64,000 nucleotides of DNA, taken from Eledone cirrhosa. Its lineage: Eukaryota. The stretch spans positions 46,624,001 through 46,688,000 of the forward strand of contig OZ024749.1 in the NCBI GenBank assembly GCA_964016885.1. Direction: 5' to 3'. How positions within the stretch are numbered: the stretch's first letter is position 1; the number at the start of each line of letters is the position of its first letter. Of this stretch, positions 44,021 through 58,601 are shown piece after piece. Under the pieces are notes generated by a model. The model saw only the letters and a program-made list of their open reading frames with translations. It did no database searches and had not been told where the DNA came from. A program made the translations under genes and the position numbers.

Positions 44021-44218
44021 GAAAAAGTATGACCCCGACGGCAGAGCTCAAGCCGTTTCGACAGCTATTTCTGGACTAATTTAGTCCAGAAATAGCCGTC
44101 GAAACGGCTTGAGCTCTGCCGTCGGGATCATCATTTTTCCTATTTCACACTCTACTACACTAAGTATTGAGTAATCTGGTTATGGTCCATCTGGTTCCTT
44201 ACCACAATTCCTTTGTTA
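44021..44218 (+). mobile_element. Family A copy 7 (subfamily b)
   Basis: Palindrome centred on ctggactaatttagtccag, plus tail. Confidence 0.9.
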
Positions 44219-44330
44219 TATATATTTACAGGGGGAACGTGCAGCCGATTCAAGAACCAACGTCTTGTCCGTTCCCTTATCGCTTCTGTTTGGATTGCCT
44301 TGGAACGTAAAATTATTATTACATTAAAAC

Positions 44331-44403
44331 CTATCTGATGATATCACGGCACTGGGTACACGGAATCGTGTGACCAAACTCATCATTGAAATATGTATCA
44401 CAG
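44331..44403 (+). ncRNA. Degenerate hammerhead-like motif related to family L
   Basis: ctat-CTGATGA-tatcac..tcatt-GAAA-tatgta-TC-acag. The stem II base resembles 34605-34635 and stem I is imperfect. Confidence 0.35.
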
Positions 44404-44448
44404 CATTAACAATAAAGGACTTTAACATCTGAAACAACTTCGCTTATT

Positions 44449-44547
<99 letters not shown>

Positions 44548-44580
44548 TATCTAGCCCGGATATATATATATATATATATA

Positions 44581-44743
44581 TAGGAACGAGTAGGACCGCG
44601 ACGGCTGAGCTCGAGCCGTTTCGACGGCTAATTATGGACGATGCGTCGGGGCCTACTCGTTCCTATTACCCACTCTACTAACCTAAGTATTGAGTACTTT
44701 GATACGTTATGGTCCACCTAGTTCCTATCCACATTTCCTTCGT

Positions 44744-44745
<2 letters not shown>
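44581..44745 (+). mobile_element. Family A copy 8
   Basis: Full inverted arm joined to a shortened sense arm, plus tail. Bracketed by a 17-bp direct repeat. Confidence 0.9.
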
Positions 44746-44774
<29 letters not shown>

Positions 44775-44887
44775 GAGTATCTAGCTCGGATTAAATCTTA
44801 AATGGAAGCTTATGCGATGCAAACATATTAAAAACAGGTAGACATAATAGTCTCTCTATCAACCCCTCCCCCCCTCCTCTCTATATC

Positions 44888-44975
<88 letters not shown>

Positions 44976-45138
44976 CAGTTTAATCGGGTGGAAGATCATG
45001 TAGACAGAAACGTTTTAACGATAGTGTAATTTAACCAAATAACAAATGTTTCGATGATATAAAATGGAGAAATGAGTTTTTGCTGACATCAATTTTTAAC
45101 ATCAATTTCATACATGTTATAATACAAATCATTTCTAC

Positions 45139-45228
45139 TTGTATACCGGGTGCGCTTTTCAAACACTTTTTTATATTATTTTCTTTATATAACACGATCT
45201 GTATAATGAGGCTTTATATATATAAGTG

Positions 45229-45292
<64 letters not shown>

Positions 45293-45387
45293 TATATTTG
45301 TATACCGGGTGCGCTTTTCAAACACTTTTTTATATTATTTTCTTTATATAACGCGATCTGTATAATGAGGTTTTATATATATAAGTG

Positions 45388-45395
<8 letters not shown>
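45139..45395. repeat. 98-bp direct duplication separated by (TA)n
   Basis: 45139-45236 versus 45298-45395, with two mismatches. Confidence 0.9.
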
Positions 45396-45945
<550 letters not shown>

Positions 45946-45951
45946 GAATAA

Positions 45952-46052
<101 letters not shown>

Positions 46053-46055
46053 TGA

Positions 46056-46102
<47 letters not shown>

Positions 46103-46450
46103 TACATTGATAGCAAAATGCTCATACAAAATACAATGGGAATGAAGTGTTTATGTCTATACGTATATACGTGTGTTTTATATAAAAACACGTATATACG
46201 GAGAAACAAATTATATATGCTCCCTTGTTTCAACTTATGCGTACTTTTGATACTGATAAATGCGTCTTAGATAGATGGATGTATCATCTTTAACAAGGAT
46301 CCCTAAGGAGAATGAAATAACTATATTTCTTTGATGCACTCGTCAGTGTATAGAAAACTATAAATATATGTTAGAGTTCGACATGAGGCCGCTAATTCAG
46401 CATTTACATACATGAAAAAAAATAAATATATATATAAATATATATATATA

Positions 46451-46895
46451 GAAGGTGAGTCTTATTGTAGCAACAAGAACACAATGCAAATATCGGATAA
46501 ATAGCAGTCCACAGTTTATAGGAGTGGAGTATAAATAATATAAGATCAAAAGATGGTTAGAAGGGTTCCAAGTATTTTATTATGCGCATTTCAAAAACAA
46601 ATATCATCATGGGATGATATTTGCGTTCTCAGCAGATAAAATAGGGAAACATGATATATATATCCTTACCATTTCCTACCCCACCTCCTTTTTTCCCAAT
46701 CTCATATATACATCTTACTTTATTTTTCATATTTTATTTTAAAACTTCACTGCTCACAAGTGTATTTTAAGCGTCATATCATGTTTTACTATTTTATCTG
46801 ATGAGAACGCAAATATCATCCCATGATGGTATTTGTTTTTGAAATGCGCATAATAAAATACTTGGAACTCTTTCAACTATCGTTTTATTTTATAT
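46451..46895 (-). mobile_element. Family K: fold-back with a hammerhead in each arm, plus tail
   Basis: ~120-bp arms (~46537-46657 and ~46776-46895), tail at 46451-46536. TA-flanked. Confidence 0.85.
46790..46860 (+). ncRNA. Type I hammerhead ribozyme motif (family K)
   Basis: tattttat-CTGATGA-gaacgcaaatatcatc ccat gatggtatttgttttt-GAA-Atgcgcat-A/ataaaata. Perfect 8-bp stem I, ~16-bp stem II, palindromic stem III ATGCGCAT. The mirror copy at 46573-46643 (-) has CTGCTGA. Confidence 0.9.
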
Positions 46896-46961
<66 letters not shown>

Positions 46962-49047
46962 CATTTACATACATGTAATTCTCGTAAACAAATAATAATT
47001 TTTTTCGGGCAAAAACACAATGGACCATATACGCCTCCGAATTCCTCCAACATATTATATAATGCAGAACATTATTGACTCTCGACAATATGTTAGGAAT
47101 AACGGAATTTTTCGGATAAAAAAACGATAACCTCTCTCGAATATATTCGATCTAATTCTGATACAAACTGAGACATTTTTTCTTAATTTTATGGTATGTT
47201 TTGTTAGATATATAACATCATTTTCTGCTGACTTTGTATTTAGTTAATTACAATATATGGCTATTTAACTCGCAGTTCTAGGATCTTGATCAGGTGATAT
47301 CATTTCAAGGAGTATCTCATTTAGGGCTGTATATTTTTCTCAATATTACAACGTTTTGTTACTGAGAAAATCAATTGTTCACGGTGTTATACATTAAGGA
47401 GTACGAGTATTCACGTATATGCAGGTACATTATGTTGATACCACTCTGCGGATTTAAACTAGATAATATGAAATTTAAGTTTCATTTCATGAAGTGGATG
47501 CTTCTATCTAACCACCAATGGAATGCGTTTGAAAAATGGCATTTTATTTCTGTTAAGGTTTAACATTAAGTGATAAACTCTGGCGCCCTTCAATCACTTT
47601 TCTAGCTGTGGTTTATTCCTGTTTCATTGGCGTTAACCGATTGAGAATATAAAAATTTACCTTGGAAAGAAAGAGTGTTAATCGCAGATTCAACAGTAAT
47701 GCAGTAACACCAACACACCGCGCCTATCAGATCCCATGTCCTTATAATCGACATTAGTGAATATTTCACTGATGACAAGCATTTTCTTACTTGTATAGCA
47801 TTACTTGATAGTAATGAAACTTATTCTCACCTTTGATAGATGTCCCATTTGATAGATTCCCAATGGAGACCTACAGTCTTCAGTATGAATTAACCTTTTG
47901 CTTATCATTCAAATCCTTACGTTTAGTCAGGAAATTCTATAAATGCATCCACCTTTGATGTGTAAATCTAACTATAAATCGTGGACGACAATCAATATTT
48001 CGTACAGTGCATACTTTTTCTTACTTTTCTAATATTTCCTAATACATTAAAGGAGATAGATATTATATCAGGCTATGTCCCGAATGTCCCCTCCTTCACA
48101 ACTTCATTTTATTCGAAATAATTTACTTGGCATCAGATGATATATTTTACACAACCCCTGTAGTTTTGAAGGTCAACGCCAACTTAATCCATAGCACTTT
48201 CAAGGGCCAAGTTAAATAAGCACAGAGAGTTCATTTCGAAAAAAAAAAAGAAGAAAACTAAGAAAACTATCATAGCCTGAAAGACTGAAAGACGTAGATA
48301 ATATCAAACTGATAATTGCATGGAATCATAGAAGAAACCATGGGATAAACCATAATACTTCCTTGAATTTCATGAAGAATTGCAACTAGCAGGCTTCAAT
48401 AAGTTTATTGAGGTAACCTATGCAGTAAAAAAGTTAAATGTCGATGTGAAAGACTTAAAAGCATAAGTAAATGTTCATAGTAAAATGTCATATCGTCATG
48501 TGCTGCAGGTGTTGGTAGAGAAATGAGTACGAAAGTAATGTAAAATCTACTATGGAAAGACTGCGACAAAAATATAATCCATTTTACTAAATATCTGAAA
48601 AACTGTATCACTAGCATTAAAAATATTGTTGAAAATTCGCTAATTATATTTACTTTTGGAGAAGCAATGTAGCAGAGTGTACGTGTTTGCCGGTCTAGAG
48701 TGTATGCAGGAATTGTTGTGATGTGATAAACAAGGCACATAAAGACCGAACACGACCTCTTTCAGATATGAATATCCTCTCCTATTTCTATTTGCCTTCT
48801 TAAACAGAAATAATGGTAACTGGGCTTCCGTACACGAGATTAAAGATTATGAATTTAACGTGGTCCATGATTTATGCATCTGATATATTGAGTACAACGA
48901 GTGAGGTCCTCAAAATTATGGGTATGGAATGTGTAACAACAAATTTATTTAATTTCGAGAGTGTGGTCAGAATTAGCATCTTCATTTTGATCCGTATGTT
49001 TTTAAATAGGATATCACACAGACATTCTTCTAACGACGATGCATACA

Positions 49048-49094
<47 letters not shown>

Positions 49095-49813
49095 AATCTA
49101 CACATACGTGTATATATATATATGTGTGTGTGTGCATCTGCGTGTGTATGTGAGTAATTATATACGCATCCATATGGACAAAGCTTGTAATGTCTTCTAC
49201 GGAATTCTTTTTAGGAATATTACGTTAAGAAGAATGAATCCCGATGTAAAACAACGCACAAAACGACTGAACATTGCCTGATGAGATACACAAATAAAGT
49301 TTGTACCGATAAGAGAATGCAGTTGTTCGAGTATTGAATATTATTTCCCTTGTGATATTGAAGTTTCTGTAGATTACATACAATAGATATGTATGACAAG
49401 GTGGTATTGGAATTATATATCACGATGGATTTTCGAAAGTATATTGAATTGAAAAAGAGATTCGAAACATGTATTGTTGTTTCAATAGACGTATAATTAG
49501 TAACAAATATTGGCGTCATTTTCAATGTATTAAAACGCTTGGTGCAGCTGGCAACACAAGAGAATATATCAGCCATCATGAAAGAAATACAGCAATTACA
49601 TGAACACCTACATAGTGAGGGTCTCTTTCTTCTGATATAATTATCTCTAAAAAGAAATCTTCTTTTCCATCTCATTAAAACTACTTCCCATGACGATCCG
49701 AAATACAATTGATTACAGTTAGCTTTCCATATTAAATCTCGTTATTGTTGAAAATCCTTTTCGGCGAGCCCAATGGATATACATAACTCATGTAATAAGT
49801 GATTCCAAAATAC

Positions 49814-50152
49814 GCACAAGGCCAGCAACGTTACTAGGAGGGTAAGTTACTTCAAACGACCAAAGTTGTTTAATGTAATGTCATTCTATATGTTGACGAC
49901 GTATGAAGGGTAAACTTGAACTTGGCGTGATACGAAATCATATCGCAATGGGCCGTAAATATATGCCGTAAAACATGTGCGATACCACCAATCTAGGAGC
50001 ATGCTTCTCATAATTATTGATTCTAATTTTGGTTTAAGTGTAACAATTTGATGTGGGGTGGGCAGACAAAATCAACACCATTGCATTAGTAGTAATTTAA
50101 TTTATTGCTCTAGTAAGGATGAACGACGAAAATCAATTTCGCGTGATTTGAA
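49814..50152 (-). mobile_element. Two old degenerate OK-like SINE remnants
   Basis: gcacaaggccagcaac..gtatgaagggtaaacttgaac, and gtaaggatgaacgacgaaaatcaatttcgcgtgatttgaact. Confidence 0.5.
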
Positions 50153-50159
50153 CTAAGAT

Positions 50160-50221
<62 letters not shown>

Positions 50222-50262
50222 CCACACACACACATACACCCACACACACGCACCCACACAGC

Positions 50263-50516
<254 letters not shown>

Positions 50517-50881
50517 TCTTTATGCAATTCTATTACATTTAAAGTTTCCCGAGAACCATTATCAATATAGAATTATTGCGGTTATTAGTCTTTATAGGTT
50601 GACAGATTTCAACGGATGGATACGTATAAAGCTTAGAATATTTTCACATTCACTTCTAATTATATCATGACGTATTCGTCTCAAAAGCCTATTAAAGAAA
50701 ATCCCTTTTATTCAATATTAAATAAAAGTTTTAATTAGCTCCCTCAATGATGAATTCAGTTGGAATCTTATCACCGGAGTATCAGCAATGAAAGCTCCTA
50801 TATAAAGACTCACAGACATACGTCTCTCAACAAAGGGTACTCTAAGATTGGTTTAGACGTGCGTACAACATATATATAGTG

Positions 50882-50932
<51 letters not shown>

Positions 50933-50961
50933 ATATCTATCTATCTATCTATATATCTATA

Positions 50962-51055
<94 letters not shown>

Positions 51056-51093
51056 AATATATATATGTATATATATATATAAATATATATATG

Positions 51094-51179
<86 letters not shown>

Positions 51180-51195
51180 TATAGTATATATATAT
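50882..51195. repeat. (TCTA)n followed by (TA)n compound microsatellite
   Basis: Direct reading. Confidence 0.95.
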
Positions 51196-51708
51196 ACAAT
51201 ATATCAAAATATCAAACATGTAGTTATGAAGCTTATTAGGTTCAGTTTCTAGAGCAGTACTATGTGCCTGTTCCACGTAGAAGACTGTATTATTTTGGTA
51301 GTATAACGAGCATTATCATATCTTGGTATAAGGTAGACGTTATGCTTACCAGTTTGCGCATTTCCCACATCACTGTGGCCTTCTTTCATTGAGTATAGTT
51401 TTGAAACAATCTTCTTAATCGAAATATATAATATACTACTCAATGACGATACGGCTGTATTTATAATGCACGTAATGGAGTACCTCGAGGTATATTTGTA
51501 ACCTATTTTAGCTCTCAGTTTTGTTTAAGACATAAGTATCCCAAAGTACGGGACTTTGGTTCTGTCTTCATACCTTCGGAAGTTTGATGAAGAAGGGGCT
51601 AGTCAAATATCTTCTCTGCTAAGAAAATGTCAATGTACGCCTCCGGCATTTGATGCATTCGTACATACATATACACACAACACGTGCATACATACACCCA
51701 ACACACAC

Positions 51709-51866
<158 letters not shown>

Positions 51867-51894
51867 TATTGGCAACATGACCCTTCCAAAGTAT

Positions 51895-51900
<6 letters not shown>
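51867..51900 (+). mobile_element. Family F extreme 3' fragment
   Basis: attggcaacatgacccttccaaagtataacaat matches 15390-15422. Embedded in (TA)n. Confidence 0.75.
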
Positions 51901-51932
<32 letters not shown>

Positions 51933-52000
51933 GTGTATGTATATATATGTATATATATACATATATATACATACATATATATATATATATATGTATACAT

Positions 52001-52063
<63 letters not shown>

Positions 52064-52733
52064 TTTGTGGTCTGTATGTGCCTGTGTGTGCCTGTGTTGT
52101 GTTTATGTGTGTAAGTATGATTGTTTTCTAATTTAAAAGCATTTTTTTAGCTCATATAACGTTAGAAAGTGTACATTGGGGGTATACTATTACACTGTAA
52201 TCTAGTCTTTCTCCATTGTTTAATTAAAAGTATTTTATGCAATACATTAGTTATTACACACGTACTTAGTTATTTGTTTCCAGACCTTCGTCACCAGAAG
52301 CTCATTAAATAGGACGACACAGATACTACATAACGCATTTTCTGCATCTATTTTACCATTATGTTTTCTGCCTGTAATGGAGATACATCATTAGAAAGGA
52401 CTAGAATTGTATTATTGTTATTTGTGTTAATCAGCAATGTCTTTATTTCCTAAAATCATTATGTTTTTTAAGTATGATGGAGACTCGAAAATACACACTA
52501 TTTATGAATGTGTCATAGTATTCAGTTCCATTTCTTCCACTTACTCCCAACATATCGTCTATTCTGAAATTCCATTCTTCTCTCACACTTCTCGATTACA
52601 ATATGTACTATCGATATACAAAAGAAAATTCTGCAATGCTGGATTCTCTACCTACTAAATAAGTAAATGTGCGCCAATTCCGTTATTGTTATGCCTGCTA
52701 CTCTATATATGTGGATATTATTCTAGTATTTAA

Positions 52734-52920
52734 GGGGCGGTGGATTGTGAGTATCGGTAGAGGGTCATGATTTCCTTCATAGAGCTACGGTCCTTTACAA
52801 CCTGTACTCAAATGCCGCCGTCGTTAACTTTGCTTTTGATGCTTAAGGGGTCGATAAAATAAAACACCAGTAATGTACTGGGATAATTGTTGCACTTGCG
52901 CCAAAAGTAGAAACAATTAT
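52734..52920 (+). mobile_element. OK-like SINE with 18-bp TSD
   Basis: ggggcggtggattg..agtagaaacaattat. attatt(c/t)tagtatttaag at 52717-52734 and 52916-52933. Confidence 0.9.
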
Positions 52921-53259
52921 TTTAGTATTTAAGCGCAATATTCCATGTGGTACAAAAGATAAAATCCTTTAAGTATCTCAATAGAATGCATTACTTTTCA
53001 GTATATTTATTGTTATATAATTATTTAATTTGGTTGTGAAGTGACCTTTAGCTGAATCTTGTACGCCTTCCAATCGATCCCAGATCTGCATATTTATTTG
53101 CCATCTTCATTTCTTATTTCCTTCCTTCTGTCATTTCAATGTTAAATATATAATTATTGTAGAAACTGTTGCCATGATGCGCCAGATTCAAGTGAAGTTG
53201 GTTTAAAAGTCAAACTCTTAAATATCAATTGGCTGTTTGAGCGTTCCCTTAATTAAGGC

Positions 53260-53510
53260 CATGAACCTTGTGAAATGACCTAAGGTCGAGGATCAAGCCA
53301 TCGAACGACCACAAGGCCGACACCACGGTCATTTTCATAAGGAAAACAAATCTTTGGAGAGATTTTAGGGACAAAAGCAACAGGCACAAGAACCGGGACG
53401 AGACCATGGACAAGATGATAGAATAACATACATAAGCTCGATTAGCGATCCATGGTGACCATTCGGAAACTGTTGTCACTGATTGCCGAGTTTGAGGAAA
53501 TTGTCCTTTC
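53260..53510 (+). pseudogene. Decayed RTE-clade LINE ORF C-terminal fragment
   Basis: From 53300 reads IERPQGRHHGHF (cf. IERSQLRWxGHV). After a frameshift, from 53374, reads KATGTRTGTRPWTR**NNIHKLD* (cf. GKRPRGRPRTRWxDxI), with stops at the Trp positions. Confidence 0.55.
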
Positions 53511-54037
53511 TATATATCTTAATTTGTTGAAGAAAAAGGACATGACGAACAGGATGGAGAAATTGAAACAAGTGAGAGGTGGATGAGATGGAGTAATTAA
53601 CTCCAATACTAGACTGGTATTTTAATTTATCAATGACCCTTTCAAATAAAGACATAATAAAACCTCTTAAATATACTATATATAAATTATATGCTGGCTG
53701 GTCAGCGTAATAAATCGATGTAATTATTTAGTGATTAATTGTTGTGGACTCATGTTTAATGTCCGACTATAATCAACGTTTAATTTCATTCCCGTTATGT
53801 GGATAAAATATTTAATAAAAATATTATAAGTTTCGACCTATTTCTTAATACTATTTCCCAGGATTTATTTAACATCATGCATTTACAAAGCAGCGTGCTT
53901 AGTTCAACTAACCTTATTGCCGTCTTTATATTTATCTTTCAATTCACTATTATTTTCTTTTGTTGTTTCTATTCTCTTTACAGCATTGTTGAATACGACG
54001 TTTTCATCATTATCATCAGCAACATCTTCATTATCAT

Positions 54038-54317
54038 TAATTGTTTATACTTTTGGCACAAGGCCAGCAATTATTTGAACTCAGGATTTGAACTCAGACA
54101 ATAAAAGAGCCGTAACTCTTTGCTGCAAAGCTATGCTTCCGACCCTCTAGCGATACTGCCAATCTACCGCTTATATCATATAATAATTGTTTCTCCTTTT
54201 GGCACAAGGCCAGCAATTAGCCAGTACATTACTGGTACTTTATTTTATCGACCCCGTCAGGATGAAAGGCAAAGTTAACCTCAGCGGGATTTGAACTCAG
54301 AATGGCAAGGGCCGTAG
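54038..54317 (-). mobile_element. Two adjacent OK-like SINEs: internally deleted (54038-54170) and 5'-truncated (54184-54317)
   Basis: Both begin taattgttt..ttttggcacaaggccagcaatta on the + strand. Confidence 0.85.
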
Positions 54318-54483
54318 TGTCCTCTTGACTTTGTCCGACTTTAGATTTCTACTTCACAGTCTGAACTATGTTCGGCATATTTACTTTCCATTTCCTACTT
54401 CTCATTCCTTGTCTTGATTGTATATTATTGTGAGCTCTCCACCCCTCTCTCTTTCTCTCTCTCTCCCCCTCTCCTCCTCCTCA

Positions 54484-54960
<477 letters not shown>

Positions 54961-55628
54961 TATGACTGAAGAAGACGCAGTAGTGAAATCAAGACATCTG
55001 TGTGTTTGTGTGTTTGTGTGTATGCAGTTATGGTTATTATGAATAGATTCATACCATCGCTCTTTTATATTAACGTGCGGCATCTATGAACATGACCATC
55101 ACTCCCATCTTCCTACACCTCCGCCCTCTTCATCATTTCATAATCAACATCAATATCCTTATCAGCAACAACATCATCAGCTACACCATCATTACCAACC
55201 TCCTCCTCGTCAAGCTCCTCGCCACCCTCCTTGAACTCCTCATCATAATTTTCATCACCATCATAACGGTAATGAAGTAACGAACTGTAGTAGCTGTCTC
55301 TACATAAAAGTAGGCAATTATAATAAAGTATTGGTTCAATATCATTAGGTTAATCAGATGGCTCATTCTGTTGAAGAGTTCTATTTTCGTCATATGACCT
55401 ATGCTCAACTTGAAGACTGCTTCTTATAGAGAATGGAAGAGAAAGGCGTTTACATCAAATTGTATCGTAATATGACGGATATGTTTAAATGATACTCGAA
55501 GTGAAATGTGTTCTAAAGTATATCAGTAAAATATTGCTGAAAATGGAAATGAAATGATGGTATAGATAAGTCAGTTACATACACATTCTTATACATATAT
55601 ACTGACACAAACACACACACATACACTC

Positions 55629-55718
<90 letters not shown>

Positions 55719-56214
55719 TAAATTTAATTAAAATGAACCGAATTTCGTGAATAAAATGCAAACAAAACAACCGTTACAAAAAGAGACTGATGTATGTAGC
55801 TTATTAACTGTAGTATACTTACTTTGCAATCAATATATTTTGAACCACGATTTTGAGAGAGGGGGAATATGGTGGAGTCAATAGGAGGAAGAGAAAAAGA
55901 GTAAGATATTTCCTGTAATATGTATGCCTACTTGTTTAATTTTACGTGAGCTAGATTGGTTTTATTTGAATCACAGATGTAGTATTTGTAAATAAATATC
56001 TAATTTAGTATATAATATGAATCATTCTTAGTAAGCTACGACATGAATTCTTAACCTTCTTCATTGCACATCTGGAAATAATTCAAAGCCTGCTCTGCTT
56101 GATGTGATATTTTAGGCATAGTCGATGGACATTTTATTTTGTTATTCGAAATGTGGAATCCTTAAATATTCTATCTAATGTTTTAAAATCCGAAACAAAC
56201 ACCTTTTCTAATAC

Positions 56215-56364
<150 letters not shown>

Positions 56365-56495
56365 TATAAACGGGCTTTGTAGTTGCTGGATCAGGTGTAC
56401 TTTTAAAAAGAGGAAAGCAAGAACGGACGAAAATATTCGTTCATCAGTTGTCTGCTGGGGTCTTGGACATTTCAACGCATTAAATACGGAATATA

Positions 56496-56573
<78 letters not shown>

Positions 56574-56975
56574 ACAATGTTACAGTATCGTGAGAGAGAA
56601 TAGAGAGAATAAGCGTTATAGAAAGAGATGATACAGATAATTAATTGCAAATCGTACTCGATGCTTGTACAAACAGGGTTAAATATTAGAACCGTTAATA
56701 TTTAGTGTGCGAATTTAAGCAGAGCAATTATAATCGAATAAATAAAACCAAATAACACGGGAATTAATTCCCTTTGTTCATAAACATAAACATTTAACTT
56801 TGTAACACCGAGATATGAATTTCGATTTTAAAATCGTACTCCTACACATAGAGGGTTCTTTATTAAATCCTTTATTTCCTTGTGTGCCTGTGAAGAGCCC
56901 TTCTTGGGCGTAATATCTGTAAGACCTTTTTATAAATATATTTTAACGGCTTGCTTCTCTTTCTCAATTTCTTCG

Positions 56976-57071
<96 letters not shown>

Positions 57072-58538
57072 TGTGTGTACAGACACAGACATATATATAT
57101 ATACATAAATATATATTATACTACAACATGCGTAAATGTAAAAATATATATAACTGGTTCTTTACACGTTTCTCATTTTGTTTCCGTCTTTACCAATTTC
57201 TATTCGCGTATACTACTTTTCCCTCCTTTATTCGTTCATTTTACCTTATATCACGATTTATATTCCTATATTTTTGCATTTCATTCATTCTATCACCCTA
57301 GTTGATTTCTCTCCTATCACTAAATATGTCACCTACTTTGTCAGATGAATAAAGCTTCAAAATCTCCCTCACCATTGTTTCCTATTTTTATTTGCATTTC
57401 GCCTGTATGTTAGGTCAACATCATCGGAATTTGTCTTGATTATAGAATTCAATTTCTAGTGGATTGAAAAGTTAAGCTGACACTAGTGATAAATCGTACA
57501 TAAATCGTTCAGAAAATGACGAGTAAAAAAACTGCGCAAAGGATTAGGTTTCTTTGTAACTTCCTCCTGCTGAGTCTGCTGCCCTGCGCTTATAAGGAAG
57601 TAACCTTCTACAGCCTTGGTTTTGTTTCACTAAATAACATTTACTTCCCCCGCTCAGATCCTCACACGAACCTTCTCAATATATCACGCCAGTGCCCTTA
57701 TTCAATATTTACTTATTATATTATTATATTTACTTTCCTCGAATCAAGAGTATTTTTTTACATAGTTCAATTGAATATAAATGGAAAACGCTTATTATCT
57801 GTATTTTGCAAGGTATATTGAAACGAAAACGTAGAGAATAGCTATGAACAAGGAAATGAAATGGTTATATGATACCCATTAACATGTCTTATATATATAA
57901 GGTTTCCTGACCAAATAGGCAAATGTGAAAGGGAGAGTTGAATAATCTGTTAATTGTAACTGCGAATTCTGTATGTAAAGAGGTGTTTATACTTTCTTTA
58001 TAAGGCCATAACATTAACGATATCTCTAAATTAGAGGAAGTAATTTATGAAGCACTCCCTAGCTATCATCAGATACTTGTATAATGCGCCAAGTTGATTG
58101 ACGAAATTTAATGCTATGTAACATAACTAATATTCCCCTTATCACGATTGTAAATGTTATAGAATTGACCAATATTTACACTGTGTTCCGAAACTAACAA
58201 CAATTGTATTTTTAAAAGGAAGACATTGAGTGGAAGTATTATCTGAATGCAGATATAATTAGACGGATGTAAACATGCACTTATACAATTAAATATATTT
58301 ACAGCTCTGATTAACTTGTTCAAAATGTAAGCAAGCTGACCAGAAGGATATTCTAATATTCAACTCCATAATTACACACTGGTATATAGGCGTATAAGAA
58401 GACCAATAAGCAAAGTTTACCATAGAATTTTGGATAACAAACTAAATGTTTGACGAACTAATTAATAACTTGTAATAAACCTGAAGTGAAAGTCAAATAT
58501 GTCTTTCTTAGTGTTAAATTGGCAAATATGGTATATCA

Positions 58539-58601
58539 TATAATATAATATAATATAATATAAAATAAAATAATATAATATAATTAAATATAATATAATA
58601 T
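58539..58601. repeat. (TATAA)n pentanucleotide repeat
   Basis: Direct reading. Confidence 0.9.

Noticed and set aside
54965-55000. CTGAAGA..GAAA next to a TA tract, plus other isolated CTGANGA hits at 857, 20152, 36850, 47769, 49278 and ~56443 (-)
   Set aside because: No consistent set of stem I, stem II, GAAA and NUH. Expected by chance.
55086-55280. ORF rich in I, T and L
   Set aside because: Degenerate (CAT/CAC/CCT)n trinucleotide low-complexity sequence.
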